A stretch of DNA of 64,000 bases, taken from Hormiphora californensis. Lineage: Eukaryota > Animalia > Ctenophora. The notes beneath the pieces are model-generated. The model had not been told where the DNA came from and did no database searches. It worked only from the letters and a program-made list of their open reading frames with translations. The translations under genes and the position numbers were made by a program. The stretch lies in assembly GCA_020137815.1 (NCBI GenBank), contig CM035357.1, positions 7,564,001 to 7,628,000 of the forward strand, given 5' to 3'. This document shows, one piece after another, positions 56,040-64,000 of this stretch; the first letter of the stretch is position 1; the number at the start of each line of letters is the position of its first letter.

Positions 56040-59000
56040 CTATTGCTGGTTGGGCAATACAGGAAGCCTGAGAGGGGGTTAAGGGGGATGTTGGGTAGAA
56101 AATAGGGAAAATAAGTGCTTCTTGAGTCTAAAACAGAAATATAATAAGTGGTGATTGCCTGACATCACTAGGGAGAGTATTCCCAGTAGGAAAAGGAACG
56201 ATAAAAGAAACTGTTACGAAACAGAACTGGTAGCTCTAATGAACAACATAAAGTAGTGAAGTCGGTGTTATCAATGATGTCCCTGTTAGATCTAGTGGAT
56301 AAGCCACATCAAGAGGTGACTTAATGTAGAGGTAACTAGGAGAGTGACTGGGACTAGACCAGTCATAACCTTGTAAAGAAGCTTCATATCATTACACTTG
56401 AATTGAAGGTGAATAGGGAGGATGTTAAAGTGAGAGTGGACCGGATCAGAATTGGACAAGTTTGTTGTAGGTAGTAGAGAATAGCTCTCTGAGCATTTTG
56501 CCTTTTTGCCGCTCAAAATCGCCCCCCCCATCACTGAGATATTTTTGTTATGTTGGGAGAATTCTGCTGGATCAGTATTTATCAAACAGGATAGAAACAA
56601 TCCTTGTTTTTTACTAACACATTCTTTAAATTTTATATGCTGGCTTGCATTGCCCTGCTTCTGTGCATGGACATGTCAACCTCACTGCTTATATTCAGAA
56701 TGTGTTAGTAAAACACTACGATTGTTTCTATTCTGTTTATACATACTGATTAAACAGGATTTCTCCCCAACATAACAAAAATATCTCAGTGAGGGTGGTG
56801 TTTTGAGCGGCAAAAACGCAAAATGCTCAGAAAGCTAATCTCTACTACCTACAACAAACTTGTCCAATTCTGATTCGGTCCACTCTCACTTTAAGAGTAG
56901 AGAGGTGGCTGAGGTAAACCTCATTGCTCCAGCTAGTGAGGTGAGAGACACAATGTATCCACTTGATTGCTCTCTTCTTGGGCAGCCTCAAGGCAGTCAA
57001 GAACTCCCACATGTGAGGGGCCCAGACCGATGAGCAATGCTCCAAAAGAGATCGAACCAAAGTCAGATAAAGAACACACGGCGCTGGTGAGGGTTCTTGA
57101 CAAGTGGGTGGTTCTACTGGACAAGGTTGAATCTATCAGTAAATCTATCGAGAATGTAATCAGTGTGATTATTCCAAGTGAGATGGTTATTGACAATAAC
57201 ACCCAGATCTCTCTGAACAGTGACATTATCCAGACAGTATCACCTAGAACATAGGATTGTAGGAAACAGGGAGCTCGCCCCCATGTAGCCTCACACCTAG
57301 ATGAACTGGTAAAATTACTTTGCACTTACTAGGATGAAACTTCATCTTGTTAATGTTAAGGTTGTCAACAGAGATTTGCATGTCAGTGTGATCTTGCATA
57401 CCATTGATCCTAGACCAAAGTTTCAGATCATCAGCATACAAGGCGATCTTACACTCACCACTCACACACTCAGTGATATCATTAATGAATAGTATGAAGA
57501 GGAGGGGACCTAAAATGCTGCCCTGGGGAACTCCCGAAAGAACGCTGAGGTTAGATGAAATCTTCCCGCCTATCACAACTCTCTGAGATCGACCAATAAG
57601 ATAGTTTTCGGATAAACGACAGCATCTTACCATTATCCCAAATTTAGTTGAAGTTTAGAAAGGAGTAAGTCATTGATTAACGCTGTCAAACGCTTTGGAG
57701 AAATCAAATAGAATCAGGTCAGAGGTGCGCTTGTCGTTATCATTCAAGCTAGGTCATCATAGACAGATATCAGCTGGGTGAGACAATTCTACCAGGTAAA
57801 AACCCATGCTGTCTGCTATCTATCATGTCATAGCAATGGTCCAACAAACGGCTGGTGACAATTCTCTCATAAACTTTGCTAGCAATGCAGGTCAGTGAAT
57901 TGGACGGTAGTTCCTGACATCCCTCTTGTCACCCGACTTGTGAACAGGGACAAACATTGGCTGTCTTCCAGATTGCTGGTAGACCACCGCCACTGTACGC
58001 CTGTTCAAGAGGAGGACAGAGGAAAAGCCAGGGACCCCGCACATCTCTTGAATACAATGTTGGATGTTATCAGGTCCTGGACCTTTGCGGGCATTAATTT
58101 TTAGAGAGAAACTTGATAAACAGAGCTAGCAGAGAAATCACATTCAATGGAACTGTCATGTACTATCAGTGTCAATGTCATATGTGCTAGCTTCAGAAAA
58201 ATTAGAGGCAAATTGGTTCATTGAAAGATCAGCTTGTTCCTCCAAAACTGACCTGAACACCGTCCCATTGTTGACAGTGGGGGGTATCCTGGTAGACTTG
58301 GAGGTTACTTTTACTTGCCTCCAAAATTTCCTACTTACTACATCATGATCATCAACATCACAGTAAAGTCTCGCACTAGATTCACACACGTTTTTAAATG
58401 CTTTCTCGCGGCTTTGAAGTTATCCAAGTCAGTCTCAGAACTAGAGTTCTTCCAACGTTTTCTTAGATTTTCCTTCCTAACCCTTGCACTCTCACACTCG
58501 TGATTATACCAGATGGGAGAAGGATGGGTTTGACAGATTTGATAGGAATGTACTTATCATGAGGGTGGTGACAATGATGTTGAATCTGTTAACGTTGTAA
58601 TCTATGTCGCCCGAGAATTCAGTAACCCAGTCAATAAAGCTCAGGTCAGAATTAAAGGACTCTAGTCCCCCTTATCATAGATACTATGTTTCTCCGCGCC
58701 TGGCGAATGGGACCTACATCGACATCAATCAAAATAGAAATAGGAAGTGGTCACTATAGCACAGCTATGTTGGTCTAGAATGTCGATATCTGTCACACAC
58801 GCAGGGTCGTTGGTAAAACATAGATCTAGAGTTCGGCCCTTGCTGTGTGTGGAGGAGTTAATATAAGTTGAGAATGACCTAGGTCATCTAGAAGATAAGA
58901 TAGAAATAACTCCTCCACACGATTGCGTGGCTGAGAGGCCGGCCAGTTGACATGAGAAAAGTTAAAATCGCCGATAAGGACGTGTTTGGATATGTTCCTA

Positions 59001-59450
59001 GCTGAGAATAAGCAATCAAAATGCTGCTTGAATTCAGCAAAGTTATCATCTCCAAGCGTCCCCACCCGGTAGAAAGTTGAAAAACAGAGCTTCTTCCCGT
59101 TAAGAAGAGAGAAAAATGGTTGAAGCTCTGCTTTAACGTTCGGTTTAGAGAATTTGAAACTAGAAATAGAAATGTTTTCCCGGTGTGCAATGAGGACACC
59201 ACCCTCCATTCTCCCTAAATCTAGTGGGATTTGAGGGATCACGGGGGTGGGTGTGCCCAGAGCGATCTAATCTGAAGACTTTATATTTGGTGGGAAAGAT
59301 AAGTTCGAACTAATCTGGGTTTCAGCCAAGTTTCGTTCAGAATTATGAATCAGCAGAATTACCATACACAAAATCCTGGATCTCGAAAACTTTGGTATAT
59401 TCAGGGAGGGGAGACCGAGTCTAGATGACCTGGACTCACCACCCCTGAAC
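56040..59450 (-). mobile_element. Degenerate CR1/L2-type LINE (APE+RT, many frameshifts); may extend to ~60480
   Basis: GGVLI, FYRVG, IGDFNF, SGVPQGSILGPLLFILFIND, YADD, RSLLEHCSSVWAP split across frames. Confidence 0.85.
56429..56890. mobile_element. 462-bp palindromic MITE with TTAA TSD (Kolobok-type) inserted in the LINE
   Basis: TTAA|AGTGAGAGTGGACC...GGTCCACTCTCACT|TTAA with ~190-bp imperfect arms; removal rejoins the RT peptide YLSHLSTL+NILPIHLQF. Confidence 0.88.
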
Positions 59451-60510
59451 ATTGTTATAAATCACTTTGAGGCCACGAGGTCCAGGGTTAAGTATAGAGC
59501 AATTGCAGATAACCAAAAGTAAGATATTAGGTTGGAGAGAGATATAGGGGTAGGGGAATGGTAGTAGAACTAACCTGTGCCCAATAGAACCAGCAACAAC
59601 AGCAGCAAACGCAGCAGAACCTCCTCCGTCTCCTCATCTCCTCCTCACATGAGTCAACCCAAACAAAATTCATGTCATGCAATGGTGGGAGAGGGATAAC
59701 AGGTGTTAGTAAGGCAAAATAACTAATAATTGACCAAGTTAAGTTAAACATGTCAAATGTCAATTATACAAATAAGCTAGAAAATGAAAGGGGTAAAATC
59801 TAAGATGAAAATAAATAGGTTACAGAAGTAGCACAGAACAATCTGGAACACATTCCATTCCTCCACTCACAACAGAAAATGTGAGACAGAGAGGGAAAGA
59901 AATAGAACAAATTGTGCGTAGTAAAACTAGTTCTGTTCTTGTTACAATCCTCTGTTTCTTAGTACATTTTTGATAAATTTGTCTTTACCATCATCCTTCT
60001 TTACACACACAGTAAACAAGCGGTGACCCGAAAAGGCCACCCATTTGACACAAGCTAAATCTTCTAAGTCCTTCTTCCTCCGTCTGAGTCCCTCGGACAA
60101 GCGGTGGAAAAGAATCACCTCGTGGTCAGTCTTCAGCTTGCTGCGGCTGTCCTTCCTCATCAACGTGTCTTTCCTAGAAGCTCTCGTCAGAACACGGTGA
60201 TATCGGCCAGCTGAATCAGGCTTCTAGTCTTCCCATTGCGTGTGGGCAATTCCTCACTTGTCTGGTGATGGTGGGGTCTGACTTCTTGAGCATGTCCACA
60301 AGATTGTTCTCGAGAGAATCAGGTGTTTCAGAATCATCCTCCGGAAGACCTGCCACAAAAATTCAGAATCATCCTCCGGAAGACCTGCCACAAATAATAT
60401 GGCTAAATCTATTCTCAAAATTCTTCTGAAGTAGTTTCCACTTCCCCATGACCGGCACCATGACTCATACCCTTTTGACATCTCTCTCTCTCTCCCCTTC
60501 CCATCTCATC

Positions 60511-60610
60511 NNNNNNNNNNNNNNNNNNNNNNNNNNNNNNNNNNNNNNNNNNNNNNNNNNNNNNNNNNNNNNNNNNNNNNNNNNNNNNNNNNNNNNNNNN
60601 NNNNNNNNNN
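60511..60610. other. Assembly gap (100 N)
   Basis: Run of n. Confidence 1.
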
Positions 60611-61982
60611 CGAAATAACACCAGGGCAGTGAACGGGGTGGAACAGAAAAAGGATCGAATTAAATCGCTAATAGGGGAGGCGATGATCAACGGTACAGCA
60701 GAAAGGTAGATAAAGGTCTAGACGGGGAGGGGGTGGGAAGAATAGGGAAGAGTTGGAAAATACACGTGATAGGGAGGCTTGGGAGCTCAGCAGAAGAGAA
60801 GGTTACGAGGAAACAGGACGATTTCAGAGAAGGACATTTTAATGACCTGGATACGTTTTACCATTTTCTCTCTTTTGTGCGAGTATTTCTCTAATTTACT
60901 TACACATATTTAAGTATTTTTAACCTAATGCATTGGTTTTTACCCTATTTAACATTGATACTTTTGTGGTGTGTGATCCATATTTATCTGTATATTGAGC
61001 ATATTTAATATTTATGTGTGTGTTACGTATGTATGTATGCGAGTATGTGTGTACGTGTGTGTGTTGTGTGTGTTTGTTTGTCTGTGAGTGTATGTGTGTG
61101 CCTACTGTCTAGCGTTATCCCTATACTTTTAGAATAAACCTTATGATGTGGAGATTTTAGTGCTTGTCAGTTGGATTTTTTTTTATCTATTTTATTATAG
61201 TATGGAACTGTGTTGGGTGTGACCTGTCATGGTGGCGTACAAGCCACGTTGGTTGAGCCCTGAGCCGGAGGACGACAGATATTTGACGAAACTATTTGCT
61301 TTTATAATTTTCGGTTTAAATGTTTTTCCCGATAAAAAAAAAATTAGACAATACAATAAGCGAACGCGTTTTGCTTAACCATTTAGCTAGGTTAATACAC
61401 CTGTTGAAAGGCTATAAATACAACGAAATAGTTTAATTACAAGATCAAATTATCTAAATCATGTCAGGTTGGGGAACAAACTCTTTGGAGTTGAATTTGT
61501 TCTGACCCTCTTTAGGGAATTCGATCAAGGCAAAATGTGTGTTAGAACTTGGAGAAGAAAACTCATTCTAAGTGTTAAGTGGAAATGTATTAAAAACTAA
61601 CAAAACTTAATTAAAAACAAACAAATATTTTCTGACTCGTGACAATAAAAAAGAGATTCAAAATACATTAGTTGTATATACCTTCCGGAAGCTTCCCCCA
61701 GCTCTGCAAAACACCACACTCACATTCCCATTCCCATGATCACGTGGATTTATTTTGTTCAAACCCCGGAAAGAGAGGGTGAAGCAAGGCAAGATCACAT
61801 TTATATCATGTAACTTTGTTTTGTGATACTGGTGATGTATGTGGTTTATAATCCCAGTTATACTCCTAGTTATACTTCCCCCTCCTAAAGTTTCCAATTA
61901 GAGGCCAATTAGATCGGTAATCACTGTCGACGATTACACTCGACGATTGTTTCCGGAGTTGATTACACAGTGATTAGGTGGA

Positions 61983-63777
61983 TCACGTGATCTCCCCAGT
62001 ATTCCCTATTACACCAGTCATGTCAAGAAACTGGGTTAACAGTACTGCCTCAAAAGTTTGATCCATTACAAGATTCCAGATATTTACAGCGGTCTCACTG
62101 TGACTCTCCCCTGACCACCTCATACTACCCGCCTTGATGGCCGCATCACGAGCACTGGGTCGCTCTAAAGGGTCCCGTGAAAGGAGGGATCGTGTCAGTT
62201 CTGAAAGTTGGTAGTGAGATATCTGGGGAAGGTCTGATAAAGTGTAGGTTTTAGGAGATAGGCCACCAGGTGAAAAAGGACATTTGTCTCCCATCATTTC
62301 ATAGATCATAGTCCCGACAGACCAGACATCAGATTTAGAGTAATCACAGAACCCTCCCTCCAATGTAGATCCTATCTCAGGGGGTATTAACGGGTTACCC
62401 CAGGATCGCCCGTGTGGCCATGAATCACTGACAGTCATACCATGGTGACACATCCCAAAGTCAGTTATAACGGCATGCAAGGTACCACACGGCATCTCCC
62501 TGATTAGAATGTTTTCTGTTTTAATGTCCCGGTGTACTAGACCGTTCTTGTTGATGTGGTGTACCCCAGAGAGGACTTGGAAGAGAATTAGACAGATTTG
62601 GGAGGGAGAGAGGGTTGAAGTGGAGAGGTGGGAGGAGAGGGAGCGGTCAAATAGCGGCATCTCGATGAAGAGGGTCCGATCGTAGGCTATGTTGTGGTCA
62701 AATACAAGGGAAAACTCACCAATCACCTAAAGAGGGATAATATATATGTGTATTGTGTTGAAGATTGGAAATTTAAAACTTATAGAAATTGAAAACTTGT
62801 AGAATAGAAAACTTGTTAAACAAAAACATTCTGCTTAGTAGAGTATTCAGTAACCAGTAATAACCAAGTGCTAAACAAAGTACCACTTTCAAAGGACACT
62901 GACCTCATCGGTTAATGGTATGTTGTCATCAACAAAATATCCAGTTATCTGAACCACATTCCGATGTTTTGGAACTCCCTTTAGACTCAGCTCTGCCCCG
63001 AAATACTCCTCTCTCAGCATGTCATATGATGATCCAGTGAACCAATTAAACATGGCCTTCAGGGCAACCTCCTTGCCAGTGTTCTTGTTAGTAGCTTTGT
63101 ATACCAGGGCACAGGTGCTCATGTCTCCTATCTTGGCAGTTATCTGGAGGAGGAAAAGGTGATACCAAAGAAGAAAGAGTCACCGCTTGTCACGTTACAT
63201 GAACCATGATAAAAACATATCAATGTAAAGCTAAACATGGGATTCAGTAAATAACGCAAATGTTTGGCTACGAATTCACCCTTACTATTAAGCTGCATAT
63301 AGCTCACGATGAGGGGTAATTTTCATTACCAACGCAAATGTGGGACATTCAGAGTAGTTTACGATGTAAAACTTTTACAGTAAAAGACTCACTGAATAAT
63401 CTTGTAGAGTTAGTGTTAGGGATCCCATACTATCATCCTCCACCTCCTCCTCTTCCCAGTTCACTCCACTCACTAAAAGGGCACACAACTTCTCCCACTG
63501 TAACGAACTAGTGATAGAAACAAGTTGTGTAGCTCACACTACTGTGAGGGTTCGGCAGAGCAAGTAGCAATGGATAAATATAAAAAGCCTTGGATTCGGT
63601 GGAATGTTTCTATATTGCACATCCTACTGTAGGAAACACCTCAAGCAGCGATATATCATTCTACCTCTCTATATTACCTGTAACTTGTCCCATTCTTCCA
63701 GGGTAAGGTGTGGCCCAAGGAGAGTGAAGGCAGTAGAAGTCAACAGTTGTACCAGGTCTGACTTCTTCTCGCAGTAC
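61983..63777 (-). CDS. PINK1: PINK1-like Ser/Thr kinase (5' end outside the window)
   Basis: Exons 63777-63678, 63497-63393, 63143-62904, 62726-61983 in phase. LQDYSITAKIG..CALVYKA, ALKAMFNWFTGSS, PKHRNVV, RTLFIEM, HRDIKTENIL, VITDFG, DYSKSDVWSVG..YE...CPF, LSPKTYTLSDLP, RPSARDAA...RWSG follow PINK1 signatures. Confidence 0.82.
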
Positions 63778-64000
63778 CTGCGGTGGGGTAGTTACTATTT
63801 GTGAGGTTTGAATACGTTATTAGTAACAAGAGGAGAAGTTGATATTAAATGTGAAGTGATAGAATACAGTTATAAAAAGAAACACTGTTTCACGAGCTAT
63901 TAGGATATTCGATTATATAGCTTAGAAGTGAGAAGAGTAACGATATAATGTGCTTTATTCCAATAATAACTTTGGGCCATGATTTATAATTGGAGTTAAA

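Overview
Eukaryotic (animal) genomic DNA with short GT-AG introns, C-rich splice acceptors and many (AG/CT)n microsatellites. Gene style suggests a non-bilaterian invertebrate, possibly a ctenophore; this is an unverified inference. Several stretches look like low-quality read ends, and there is one 100-N gap. Genes I could splice by hand: an ankyrin-repeat MAP3K19/YSK4-like kinase (2272-15065 +), an NKL/Tlx-like homeobox gene (23100-28916 +), a 7TM GPCR with one in-frame stop, an MFS transporter, SART1/Snu66 (with frameshifts), renalase, MRPL55, a divergent PAS-PAS protein, and the 3' part of a PINK1-like kinase. Mobile DNA comprises three CR1/L2-type LINEs (one nearly intact), hAT-, pogo- and Kolobok-type MITEs, and large foldback palindromes. 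Most notable: (1) tandem arrays that repeatedly duplicate splice junctions or coding ends of host genes, including one that strands the original C-terminus of the MFS gene; (2) a candidate -1 ribosomal frameshift cassette joining LINE ORF1 to an ATG-less ORF2; (3) a 3.1-kb branched three-way foldback; (4) splice acceptors immediately before most start codons, compatible with SL trans-splicing.
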